Shown in pieces: positions 12,573-24,894 of a stretch of DNA of 64,000 nucleotides. The notes under the pieces were generated by a model. The model saw nothing but the letters and a program-made list of their open reading frames with translations, made no database searches and was not told the DNA's origin. Position numbers and translations under genes: made by a program. The stretch's first letter is position 1. Each line of letters starts with the position of its first letter. The DNA is from Octopus sinensis (Eukaryota): positions 38,564,001 to 38,628,000 of the forward strand of contig NC_042997.1 in assembly GCF_006345805.1 (NCBI RefSeq), in the 5' to 3' direction.

Positions 12573-12710
12573 TTCGACATTAATCTTCATGCTTTCCAAC
12601 GCCGTTGACGGTTCACTAATAGTTTAAGCTGTTTCTGAAAAAGGGGACATAAAATATCGTCAAATTTAGTCTGAACACACTGTATTTCCATTCTTTGCTA
12701 AAAACATTTT

Positions 12711-12753
<43 letters not shown>

Positions 12754-13493
12754 TTATTGATTGCAAGTTCTGGAATTTAATTTTCTTTCAGTACAAATAT
12801 ATAATGACTGGCGTTCTTTTTTTTTTTTTTTTCTTGTTGCTTCCAGATAACTTACTTTTACATACCCTCTCGAATAATAATAGTGCATATTTTAGAAAAC
12901 GACAAACAAGGAAATTTGTGATAATCATCACTAAAGAAATGTCTACTGAAAAGACACTCGACAATGAAATTACAAGATATTTATGATTTATCGAACGTAA
13001 TTTACAAAATTATTCTTAGATTGGAACCAATTCCACATTATATGAAGTAATTAGGAAAATTAAATGCTCGATCTGTCTTTTACAAAACTATAAGTTAAAG
13101 GAAATCCATGGCATCTTTCCTTTCTAAAGTCAGATCTAATAGAAAGCGTTTGGAATACAGATTGTGAATGTGCATGACACTTCAGAAATGTGTAACATAA
13201 GAATGCAGTAAATTTTTAAATCTACCATGAGTGATTTATGTTTTTCTTATGGTATTTTTTCTCGAGCATTGCGTGTTAATTCAGTTTCATTACATTCCCT
13301 AATTTTATCCGAGACAGTAATTTCGTTCTTTGGATTTCATTTTAATAAGATACAGTTTTGTGCTTGAGGAAAATCAACATATAAATAATACATAACTACG
13401 GACAAATTATCGTTTCTTGTTTAATTTAAAAGCAAGGAATTTAAAGAATATCATCTAAGATTATAAGGTTAAATATGATTTTGTATTTGTATT

Positions 13494-13711
13494 TGAGCGA
13501 TGGCTAGAAGTATATTGAGTTCTTCATAACCAGCTGATCTAGCAAGCGGGGCCTCATATCAGTGAGGGGGGCCGGTGCGCATTGATGCCGTCGAGAGGTA
13601 GGCCCCGAAACGGCGTGCATTCTCTCCTGATGACCCCATATACTTGCTAGCTTCCGATATACGGAACTTTTAACTGGTAGCACTTGCATGTGCAAGTTGT
13701 TTGCAAGATAT
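13494..13711 (+). mobile_element. GC-rich structured insert flanked by a 25-bp direct repeat (probable TSD)
   Basis: TTAAATATGATTTTGTATTTGTATT at 13469-13493 and 13712-13736; internal self-complementarity CTAGCAAG/CTTGCTAG, GGGGCCT/AGGCCCC, ATGCCGT/ACGGCGT and GAGAG/CTCTC. Confidence 0.7.
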
Positions 13712-13802
13712 TTAAATATGATTTTGTATTTGTATTATAGTGAATGATATTGAATAGATATTTAAGATTTCTGTTGATTAGTTATGAGAATTGGTTTCGA
13801 TC

Positions 13803-14126
13803 GCTTGTTTCAGTTCACTTACATGGATAATATCTTGAGAAAAGCATCATTGTCACAACACCTACACTGCTCATCAAGCTACAATATACCTCGTAAATCA
13901 ATTCAGTCGACGATATGTTTCCTTTAAATATGTGTATATCTGCATCAAAGTTTAGTAATGCATATTCTATAGTCAAATTCCTAACCATTATCCATTTCAA
14001 TGAATTCACTTTTCCACAATTCAATAAGGTACTCTTCAATTACTTACTTAGATTAAAAGAAATGTTAATACATCATTCGATAATCAGATTAGTTAGCTAT
14101 GCAGTGTGTGCGTATGTATGCGTGAG

Positions 14127-14201
<75 letters not shown>

Positions 14202-14470
14202 ATTTTACCTTTATGCCCGAATTTCATTATTGCCTTTTTATTATTACTATTAATTGCTATTTTGAAACAGACCATGATAGTATATCTAACAGGCTTTATT
14301 TTAAGAAATAAGCATAAAATATTCATTACTAAACATACACACATATTTAAAGGAATCATATAGTCGACTGAACTGATTTACAGTGTGTATTGTACTTTGA
14401 TGAGCAATGTGGACGTTGTGACAATCATGCTCTCTCGAAGTTATTATCCATAAGAGTGGACTGAAACAAG
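13803..14470. repeat. Diverged inverted repeat (~170-bp arms) around a (TA)n(TG)n tract
   Basis: The minus strand of 13803-13970 aligns to 14310-14470 (shared CACATATTTAAAGGAA, GTCGACTGAA, TTGATGAGCA, GTTGTGACAAT, TTATCCAT, ACTGAAACAAG). Confidence 0.75.
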
Positions 14471-16294
14471 ATATCAAAACCTTTTCGCGTAACTAATCGA
14501 CAGAAGTCTTAAATATCTATTCGATATCACTCACTGTAATCCAAATACAAAACCATATTTAAGCTTAGTCTTAGATGGAAGTAATTAACGTTTAGACAGC
14601 TTCAGCTGCACAGAGACGAGCCTGCATCATCGTAGCTTCAGTCATTTGTAGGTAGAGAAGAGAGAAAAACGCACTTTGTCAAAGTCACGTTGCTTAGGTT
14701 AAAAACTATCTTCTATTTTTTATTTCAGTTACTTTCTTGTGTCTTTCTTTCAATGAATATATGCTACATACATTGTTTTATAGCATGTTACATTTCATTG
14801 CCTGTTTTATGATATAGTGTATACATTTAGATGATAAATCAAATATAATATATTGTTAAATCAAATATACGCTGATAAAAATGTCTCATTTTTCTTTCCG
14901 TACAGACTTCCACATCATTTGGAGCATGGGTGACTTCTGTTAGATATTGTAGAGATGGGTTTTTCTATGCTGAGACATTAATATATCAATAAGATATGCC
15001 AACTGTATCAAGCAACCGATACCGAAAGAGTAGAAGATATATCAAAACCCGTTTGAGAAATTAATTCATCGTTCAATTTAGCTTACGTGTATTAAATAGT
15101 AAAGGCGATAGTTGTGAGAGCTAATGTGGTGCATTTTTCTTTAACTTTCATGAATTTAGAACTGTAAACTACCAAATATATTGTCATATATACTTGTAGC
15201 TGTATGGACCGAGCTGTTACGATTTACTATTAACGCAAGCAGAATCAGTGCTTTAAAATAAATCATTAACACGTTGGTCTGCAGACAAATTGTTCATATA
15301 AATGAATAAATCTGCAATAGTTCTATTATTGAAATGGTTGTTAAGTGACCGTGACAAAAACCATATCTAATTAATAATCCGGCTACTTTAATTGTGCGCA
15401 AAGATCTATATTCAAAATAGATAATATATAGAAAGTATAAATAGCATATGTTTTCAAACACTTAACAGCTTAAGTTCGGCAAAAGAGACCGATAGAATAA
15501 GTACTGGGCTTACAAAGAATAAGTTCCGGGGTCGATTTGCTCGACCAAAGGCGGTGCTCCAGCATGGCCGCAGTCAAATGACTGAAACAAGTAAAAGAGT
15601 AAAAGAGTATATTCATCGAAAATACATACCTTGTTTTGATCACCTCATGTTACTTTTCACTCTCTTGTTCATAAAAAGAGAATTGTTGGCTTATTTAATA
15701 CATGATTAGTTTATTCTGAAATCAAGCGATTTTCATGGAATCTTACAAGTTCAAAAGTTTTACTCGGAATAAACTAACATTTAGAGAGCAACTTCATAAT
15801 TGCCTATTTGTAATCACAAGAATTTGTAGTGTGTCGCAATTTTAAATTGACCGCATAACTCGATGAAGTAGGAAGAGCAATTAAGGTGATTTACAGAGAA
15901 ACCTTTACAAATCGAAAACTACAGATAAATGTGAGAATAACCCATAATTATCAGTATTCATTATAGACCAGAAATTAACAATTTAGATAGGTTCGTTTTG
16001 CCGTCTATGAATAGCTACATTGGCTAATAAATACAAATATATATCAAATAGATTCACACCCAGAGACAAGTACATAGACATTCATAAATTCATGCTCAAC
16101 TAAAGGTAGGTATACGTTGTGAGTGCATGTATGTTTTCCATGGATTTTCTCATGTTCTTGGATTTTCTTTATTTCTTTTATTATTAAAATGTTAAAAATC
16201 TTTAAAAAATTGGCAAGTGTCTTCTACTATAGCCTCAGGCTGGCCAAAGCCTTGTGAGTGGATTTGGTAGGTGGAAACCGAAAGAAACTCGTCG

Positions 16295-16339
<45 letters not shown>

Positions 16340-17168
16340 TGTGTGTGTGTGTGTGTGTGTTGTGTGTGTGTGTGTGTGGTGTGTGTGTGTGTGTGTGTGT
16401 ATGTCTTTGTGTCTATGGTTGTTACCCTACCGACGCTTGACAACCAATGTTGGTATGTTTATGTCCCTGAAACTTAGCGGTTCGGGAAAAAAGACCGATA
16501 GAATAAGTACCAAGCTTACAAAGAATAAGTTCTGGGGTCGATTTGTTCGACTAAAAGGCGATGGTCCAGTATGGCCCCAGTCAAATGGCTGAAACAAACA
16601 TAAGAATAAAAGAAACTGATGTGTTTTCTTCTATTAAAAGTACATTTACTGAGAATGGAAATTACATTTAAAAGTAAATTGAAGCTATTTTTTACTTTTA
16701 ATAAATATTTAAATATTTCCATAACGAACAAACATTGACATACTACAATTGAACATTTACGACAAAGAAGTCTTGACGTGTATAATCCCTAAATGCTTTG
16801 TATGTATATTCATTTCTTATAATTCGCTCATGCCATTGGAATAAATTTCAATCAGAAATGGATATTTAAAATGGATATTTAAAATAATACAGTATATAAG
16901 CTGTGGCCTCAGGTGAAACAGTCTTTGTCAAAAAGACATGTAAGTAATTTATTTATTACTGACATGTTTTTAAGTTACGAAACAATTTGTTGTTATTTTA
17001 AAATTTTTTTATTGTTAAATAAAATTTCGACTATTTATCTGCCATTTATGACTTTATACACTCCTTATCGTTTTCTCTTTGTCAAACTCTATATTGTATA
17101 TGGTTTGTAGAATGATACATTCAGGGGCTTTTTATGAGTACTTGAATCAATATATTGTGACTTAAATA

Positions 17169-17249
<81 letters not shown>

Positions 17250-17252
<3 letters not shown>

Positions 17253-17445
17253 AGAGTTTACGAAAACAACAATAAAAGACGAAGACAGGAGGTGTACAAA
17301 ACAAACAGATGTATTAGTATAACGCTCAGGAATAGAAAAAGTCTTTTACGTTTCGAGCCTACGCTCTTCTACAGAAAGGGACACAGAAAAAAGGAGGGAA
17401 ACAAGGAGAGAAAAATGTGTGCAGTGGCTAACGATCTATCATGGC
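17250..17445 (-). mobile_element. Short (TA)n-inserted Penelope-type non-autonomous element with a variant hammerhead (copies 30943-31120, 43887-44025, 48830-49080, partial 42578-42645 and 55535-55645)
   Basis: Dispersed copies abut (TA)n; minus strand 17378-17343 reads CTTT-CTGTAGAA-GAGC-GTAG-GCTC-GAAA-CG-TA-AAAG. Confidence 0.7.
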
Positions 17446-18229
17446 GTGTATATATATATATATAATGTGCATCAGCATGGCCGCAGCTCTGAGCTGAAAC
17501 TAAAAAAAAAATTTTATTTTAATGTATGTATATATGTATGTATGTGTTAGGTTATGATAATTTCAATAACGTTGATAGATTATTCATTTAGCATGCTAGA
17601 TTAAATAAAAACAATGATTATGCAACTTCATGCAATATTCTATGAATCCCAAGCCTGTCATTTCATCGACACTTTCGACCAACGTTATACAGGTCCACAT
17701 GGGTAAATACGGTTATAAATGCAATCAGTGGGAATGGTTTATAATGCTGTAGTGAGAAAGTAACCAAATTGGAGTACCCAGAGAAATGTACAGAGTAAAG
17801 CGTTCAAAAAGACAGAAGGACATGTATACCTCTAAATAAAATCGATTGTAACGCGCAAACCAATTAGCGTACATGAGATAAAAGACAGATAGTCTAGTAG
17901 GTTTTTTGCGAAAAGAGCAAATTTGAGAGAAATAAGCACAATGATATCCACAAAGGGGCATACAAGAGAGAAGAAAGAAGAGAATGAGAGAGAAACATGT
18001 AGTAAAATGTAAATGGATTACGAAGAATAGAAAAACAGAAGAATAGAAAATAGAAGTAAAGACGTACAATCAAGTGGGGGTGAGTAACATCCAATGAAAT
18101 AGAGTAGAATACTAAGTAAGCTCGGTCAAATTATAATAATACAATATTATAATACTATAATATATTGAAATAAAATAATTAGATAATCAAATCATTACAA
18201 TATACTGAATAAGTAAATAATTACAAAAT

Positions 18230-18500
18230 GGCTATTGACTTATTAAGTTCATCATCTTCTTTAAAGTCCCAAATAAATTTTGCTAATGATGTATTCCGTA
18301 ATTTGTGACTAGTACGCGATCACTTTATCTCGACATGAAGTTTGACACTGAAGCACCGATATAGTTGTATATTTTTTAGGGTGACAAATAGACTATACAA
18401 ATGGAACGGCTGTGTACTGTTTTTGTTCGGAGACGCTGGTTATTAAAAGGAAAATGATATCAACATCTATAGTTATACATATTATCAGGTTTGGCAGGTA
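18230..18500 (-). pseudogene. Decayed GIY-YIG endonuclease fragment of a Naiad/Penelope-like element
   Basis: Manual minus-strand translation across frameshifts gives YNYIGASVSNFMSR...HKLRNTSLAKFIWDFKE, resembling the endonuclease at 61920-62310. Confidence 0.5.
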
Positions 18501-18616
18501 ATAAAGGATTATTAGTTGTATTACAGTTCTAGATTTAAGACATGAGGAATTATGTACCTTATTTACATTTGACGGATAAATGTCCTCATTATTACTATTA
18601 TTATTATTATTATTAA

Positions 18617-18667
<51 letters not shown>

Positions 18668-18668
<1 letters not shown>

Positions 18669-19904
18669 TTTCCTTCTTCAAATTTTCTTCCGTTTCTCGC
18701 CAAGTGTTTTCCGTACACCTAGGGCAGAGAAGCTCATTGTATGCATTCCCAGATTACACACGCAAATTCACAGATAAAATATGTATTTAAAAAATTAAGG
18801 AATAATAAATTCATGGATGGATGTTGTTTTCACAGCGATAATGCTCTTCTCAGTACATGAGCCGTTCCAGTTAAGACGATTTTTTCATTTTCTGTAGGGA
18901 TGGTAAGCCTGGTATCATTTTCAAATAGGTTTCCGTACCTTTTTTTATCATTCCTAGAGATCCTACAATCACTGGTACTATAGTCGCCTTGAGATGCCAC
19001 ATTTTTTCCATTTCTATTAGCAAGTCTTTATATTTACTGATCTTGTCAAATTCTTTCGCCGCTATTTTGTGATCGCAAGGAATATTCATGTCAACTAATA
19101 AAAACATCTTTTTTGTCTGATCTTTTATAATAATATCCGGTTTATTGGCTTTTATCCTGTCGGTCTGCACGGGGAAGTCCCATAGAATCGACACATTTTC
19201 TTCTTCAGTCACAGCTTCAGGATGGTGTTTATACCATTTGTCAGTGGTTTTGATTTTATAATGCCGACATATTGTCCAGTGTAAATACTGGCTGACTCTG
19301 TCATGTCTTGCTTTGTATTCTACAGGTGCTAAGACTACACCCTGAGATTAGGTGATCTGTAGTTTTAATCTCATCGTTACAAAATCGGTATTTTGGGTCA
19401 GCTCCAATTCTTATCACATTGGCTTGGTAGCTTCGGATTAATAAGCTTCGGTCTTGAGCAGCTAATATGAAACCTTCACTCTCTGCTTTTAGCCCTGAGC
19501 TTCGTAAACATTGGTGCGTGTGTTTCTGGTCGACATCAGCTTGTTTGCTACGGGCCACATACTTGCCATGGAGAGGTTTCTGTTCCCATCTGCTAGCTAA
19601 CTTTTCATGTGCTTTTTTCTTTGCAATTAATTTTATTTTCTTTGCAGCAGCAGTTGGCGCATTTCCTTCAGCCTGATCAATCTGGTAGGTATCTAAGAGA
19701 TCAGTAGCGAATTTTTTGCTTTCTTTCAGCATAGAGTGAAATTTTTTCGGTCTTTCATTTTTTTCAACAAGTTTTAGCATCCAATTGTTGGTTGTTTCAA
19801 GGTATTTGGCCAGTCCGATTGTGGTGGTTTTGTATGTAAGTTCAAGCTGGATCAAACCTCGACCTCCCTGAGTTCTGGGAAGGTAAAGACGATCAACGTC
19901 TGCC

Positions 19905-19906
<2 letters not shown>
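18668..19906 (-). mobile_element. 5'-truncated R4/Dong-clade non-LTR retrotransposon (RT C-terminus + restriction-like endonuclease) inserted in (TAA)n
   Basis: ORFs 19301-19963 and 18871-19212 contain RLYLPRTQGGRGL, KPLHGKY, AAQD, ILWDFPVQTD..ANKPDII and KISKYKDL; (TAA)n lies on both sides. Confidence 0.9.
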
Positions 19907-19962
<56 letters not shown>

Positions 19963-20044
19963 AGTCACTGCCTATAATCGAACTCGCAATCTCGGGGTTA
20001 GTAGCCCGCGCTCTTAACTATTACACCATATGTATGGTGGTGGT

Positions 20045-20375
20045 GACCCCCTTCGGTCAGACACTGACCATGGGTTTGCACCTAGAGAGTTACCCTCTAA
20101 GGCACAAGTCTGGGCAAGGTTGTTTTATGGAAGACCAGCAGTCGCCCATGCATACCGGCCTCCCCTCTCCACGTCACCGATGTTGTCCAAGGGAAAGGCA
20201 AGGGCCGATACAGCTTGGCACCTGTACGTCGCAACTCATTTCTACAGCTGAGTGAACTGGAGCAACTTGAAATAAAGTGTCTTGCTCAAGAACACAACAC
20301 GCAGCCCGGTCCGGGATTCGAGCTCACAACCTCACGATCGTAAGCTCGACGCTCTAACCACTGAGCCACGCACCT
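20045..20375 (-). mobile_element. SINE family C copy
   Basis: Near-identical to 1998-2328. Confidence 0.85.
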
Positions 20376-20516
<141 letters not shown>

Positions 20517-20629
20517 TAGAGGGAAACCACTATGTGGACACCCTTATGCTAGAAATAGATCCGCTATGGTCTTACCACTAAGAAATGTTCTCAAGAAAAA
20601 TTTAGCAAAACAATCAAAATATAAATATA

Positions 20630-21911
20630 TCAGGTCATCCCATAAGTTCTGTCCGATTTTACCTTTTCTAAAAAATTTAATGAAATTTAATAGTCTTTTA
20701 GAATTCTAATGGAATTAAAAAATATTTTTATGCATTTGAGTACATTTAAACTAATTAAATATTACTTTACAAAATAATAGAATTAAAATTTCTTTGATTA
20801 AAACCCTTTCTAGCATGGAAGTATTCAAAGAGCATTTCAGGTACATAATTCTTTATGAATACAACAAAGGAAACTCTGCAGCCGAAGTGACTCGAAACAT
20901 ACACTCAGTTTATGGAAAAGAATGCTTCAATGAAAGAACTTGCAGAAGATGGTTTGCAGAATTCACAAGTGGAGATTTCAGCCTTGAAGATGAAGATTGA
21001 ACAGAATGTCCAGTTGAATTTGATGATAAGCTCCTTGAGGCATTACTTGAAGAAAATCCTGCATTATCAGTTGAAGAATTGGCAATAAAGCTTAGTTCAA
21101 ACCATACAACTGTTCATTGTCATCATCAACAACTTGGAAAGGTTCCTAAATTTGGAAAATGGGTGCCTCATAAATTGTCCGAAAGAAACCGCAAATTCCG
21201 AGTTGACATCTACTCTTCTCTCCATTCTCGCAAACTCATTTTCCCCCTTTTTGGATAGACTTGTGACGAAAAATGGATCTTCTATCGAAATATTAAACGT
21301 CATAAACAGTAGCTTGGTAAAAGGGAAAAAGCTCAACCACAACCGAGAAGGAAACTTCATGGGAATGGGTTCTTCTCCGTATCTGGTGGGGTTGCAACGG
21401 AGTAATTCACTTTGAATTGTTACTACCTAATGCAACAATTAATGCTGAAGTTTACTGTCAGCAATTACAGGGTTTGAACCAAACTTTGAAGAAAAAAGAC
21501 CCGCTTTAGTGAATCGAAAAGGAGTGATGTTACATCAGGACGATGCGTGACCCCGCACTACAAAGATCACATCACAGAAGATCGAAGAGCTTGATTGGGA
21601 AAAAAATTCCTCTTCCACCTTATTCTCTCGACCTTGCTCCTTCAGACTACCATTTGCTTCGTAGTTTACAGAATCATTTGGGGAACATAACTTTCGCAAG
21701 CCAGGAGGTGGTCGAAACTGACATTTCAGAGTTCTTCGCTTTGAAACCAAAAGAGTTTTGCATTGATGGGATGAAAAAGCTTGTAAATCGATGGAAGGAA
21801 GTCATAGATAATCAGGGAAAGTACATTGATGATTAAATTTCAATTAAATATAACATTTGATCACTTGTTTTCTTTATTCAAAATTCGGACAAAACTTATG
21901 GGATAACCTGA
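20630..21911 (+). mobile_element. Full-length (1.28 kb) mariner element with a disrupted transposase
   Basis: TIRs TCAGGTCATCCCATAAGTTCTGTCCGA / TCGGACAAAACTTATGGGATAACCTGA with TA on both sides; transposase 20815-21836 has WVPHKL and PPYSLDLAPSDYHL motifs and is broken by stops and frameshifts. Confidence 0.93.
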
Positions 21912-23667
21912 TATTAACACAACGACTAATTGGCATTGTTAAAAGAAAACATGCTTTCATCGCTTTCAGAGAAAAGGTCAATGCCTTTATTCGATATGTA
22001 TTACCAAAAATTATATATCTCGCGTTGATGTTTTCAATCTAATGAACAAATAAGAAAAAAAAATCACAAGAATTTGCATGCAATTTCCTCTTGAAAATGA
22101 AGTACCAAAAAGTACGTTTCCAGGAATTGATTTGTAATTGATTTGTTATTTATTCAGTACTTGTAATTCCTGTTGCTGCAAAAGTTTTATGGAATCATAA
22201 TAAATATAATGTTGGCTCTTTTTTGAGGTCATCTTGCCAAATTGTATTTCTTATTCTTTATTAACATCTAAAGACATGGTATTTTCTGAGACAGACTGAA
22301 TGTTTATTGTGGTAATTTTTTTTATATAATTTAACGCAACTAAAATCAAATCTATTGTATATTTCACAGAATACAATGGTTCTTTAATAGATATGTTCTT
22401 TTTATAGCATATTCACCTTATAGATGTAGACAGTGTTAACAGGTGGCGCTCATTTAACTGTAATAATCTATCATAATCTAAATATCAAGCTCTTATAAGC
22501 TAAATATCACGAACCAGTCTCGATTCAGTGCTAAAGTAATCTTAAAGCAAGAAAAACAAGACAAATGAATCGACAAATTATCGATTTCAAAAGACACCTG
22601 AATTACATAGTCATTGTGTTAGCGTGTAAATCACCGAATATTCCAGGTAAACATGTTTCCTTAATGTAATCATTAGGCAGAATCTGCGTGGCACTGTGTG
22701 TGACGTAACTTGCCTATTGGATAATTCGGCAGGTCTCTAAACAGATTCCTCCTACTGAAATTCATTCACAAGGCTTCGGTCGACCAGACAGAAAACACTC
22801 AATATACTACTCAAATGGATCGAATACAAAATTTCACTTTGTGACATAACCTTCTTAACATCTCGCCTATGCATTGAAACCAATGTAATACATCCAACAT
22901 CTTCTGAAAGGAACCACTATGACGCAATTACATTCCCTCATATCCGAAAACATTCTGGCATTTTACCAATTTCAAGTCGTCTATACATTTTACTTTATTT
23001 GAAATTCTTTCATGTTAGGTGGCCATATCTAGAATGCAGGACATAAGCGATCAAGTCCTACCAGAACACTCTCTTGTTTTCTATATTAAATTAAAAAACT
23101 GAATTTAAAAAACTGAAATTCAGTAAAACCTATTGATCTTCAAATTAAACTATATATGTTAATTATTTAAAATTGAATATAACTATATATTTAACTACAC
23201 ACTTGTGTGATGCCATTTCATGTAACATATTAGAATTCTGATACTATTATAGTATATAGAACAAAATTTCTAGTTTAAAAGACTAGATGAGATGCCTTTA
23301 GTGAATATAAACTTATGACCCATCGGCTAAAATGTGAATATTTTATCTTCTTTCTTAAAGCAATCGTACAACTATTATAATATGGCATTTATTCTGTGCA
23401 TAAGAACTATAAATCTGATTATCATATTATGAAATCCCTGGGGGTAAAAATTAAATATTTTCCAATGGAAAAAAATTATTTCCTTTGGAATAATTAAAAA
23501 TGTTGGAATTATTTACTTCATAAGTTACGTTTTATTTATTTTTTTATTTTCACATCAACCTGGCTAGTGAAAAGCTCAAACGGGTTCAATTGTACAAGTA
23601 TCTTAGAAACCAAATCTCTAATGAAGCCAAAATGTAAGAAAGAAATTAGGACATAGCTAGCCATGGT

Positions 23668-23942
23668 AAGCTCAACCACAACCGAGAAGGAAACTTCGTG
23701 GGAAAAGGTTCTTCTCTGTATCTGGTGGGATTGCAAAGGAGTAATTCACTTTGAATTGTTACCACCTAATGCAACAATTAATGCTGAAGTTTACTGTCAG
23801 CAATTACAGGGTTTGAACCAAACTTTGAAGAAAAAAAGTCCCGCTTTAGTGAATCGAAAAGGAGTGATGTTTCATCAGGACAATGCGTGACCCCGCACTA
23901 CAAAGATCACATCACAGAAGATCGAAGAGCTTGGTTGGGAAA
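23668..23942 (+). mobile_element. Internal fragment of the same mariner family
   Basis: Near-identical to 21330-21600 (KVLLCIWWDCKGVIHFELLP...FHQDNA). Confidence 0.88.
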
Positions 23943-23944
23943 AG

Positions 23945-24412
23945 AGCTTAATAACATCGGACCAGCAAAATTGTCCCAAGTTAAAAACAAGGCTAGCGCG
24001 AGCGATCATTTGGCCAGTAGGTGTTTATATTTACTAAGCATGGACTCTGAACAAATTTGAAGAAAACATAATCAAGCCGTTTGAAATAGGGATGTATAGA
24101 AGAATGTTATGAGTCTCTTACAAGGATCATCAAAGAAATGAATAGATGAAAGATAATTCCTGAACAATATGAACAAAAATACACATTTTTTTATGGTCAT
24201 ATTCGAAAAAGGAAAAGTTTGGAAAACATTATCATAGAAAGAACAGTAGATGACAGTTGATCAAGAGGCAAGAAAAGAACGCAATGGATGGACGGTGTCA
24301 AGACCTGGTTAGACAAGAGTGGCAAGGCAGCTGGAGCACTAGCGCCTGATCGGGAAGACTTTCGTTGTAGTTTTATTAATGCGCTGCTTGCGATACATGA
24401 CGACGGTGACTA
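23945..24412 (+). mobile_element. RTE-clade LINE 3' fragment, decayed
   Basis: Translation gives LKTRLARAIIWPV...AWTL...FEIGMYRRML...FYGHIRKR...IIEGTV...RG...WMDGVK, typical of the RTE C-terminus. Confidence 0.7.
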
Positions 24413-24894
24413 TTTTTCAATGAGATTCAAATGTAACATGTATATATTATGCATTCCAGTGCCACAGCCCAGTATCCCTCTGTTTATAAGTAACAATAGA
24501 TGTTTAAAGAGTGTCAGAGAACCTGGTGTTTTGTTACAGGCATTAACATAAAGAAGTTTGTTTCCAACTGGGCAACACCTTGAGTAAGTATCTTCTTGAC
24601 CCAAGCACTTTAAGAAAGTCACTTAAATGAACTGTACCTCTAATTTAAAAATCTAGTCTCATTTTCTAAGATGGGATTAATAGTTGTGTATAGCAGTACT
24701 AACTGAATATTCAAGCTCATAATCTATAATTCCATTTATTTGGACAAATTATCTTCAAAAGAATTCTGCTGAAGGAAAAGAAACAGAAAACTGATCATCG
24801 AAACTCACACATAAACCATATATGATTTTCGTTTCTTTTCTTCTCCATTTTCACTTCATTCCTAAGGACTGCGGTCATGCTGGGGCACCCCCGT

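Noticed and set aside
13494-13711. 7SK RNA, snoRNA or HDV-like ribozyme identity for the GC-rich insert
   Set aside because: Only short coincidental words match (GCTGATCT, TGCATGTG). There is no paired GAUC motif, no terminal C/D box arrangement, and no P3/P4 for an HDV fold.
13821-13939. Minus-strand exon with TGCAG acceptor and GTAAGT donor (ORF 13815-14039)
   Set aside because: It lies within one arm of a diverged inverted repeat whose other arm lacks the splice sites, and the peptide is unrecognisable.
14907-14993. Possible terminal coding exon TSTSFGAWVTSVRYCRDGFFYAETLIYQ
   Set aside because: Only an acceptor-like context supports it; no homology is recognised and no upstream exon chain is visible.
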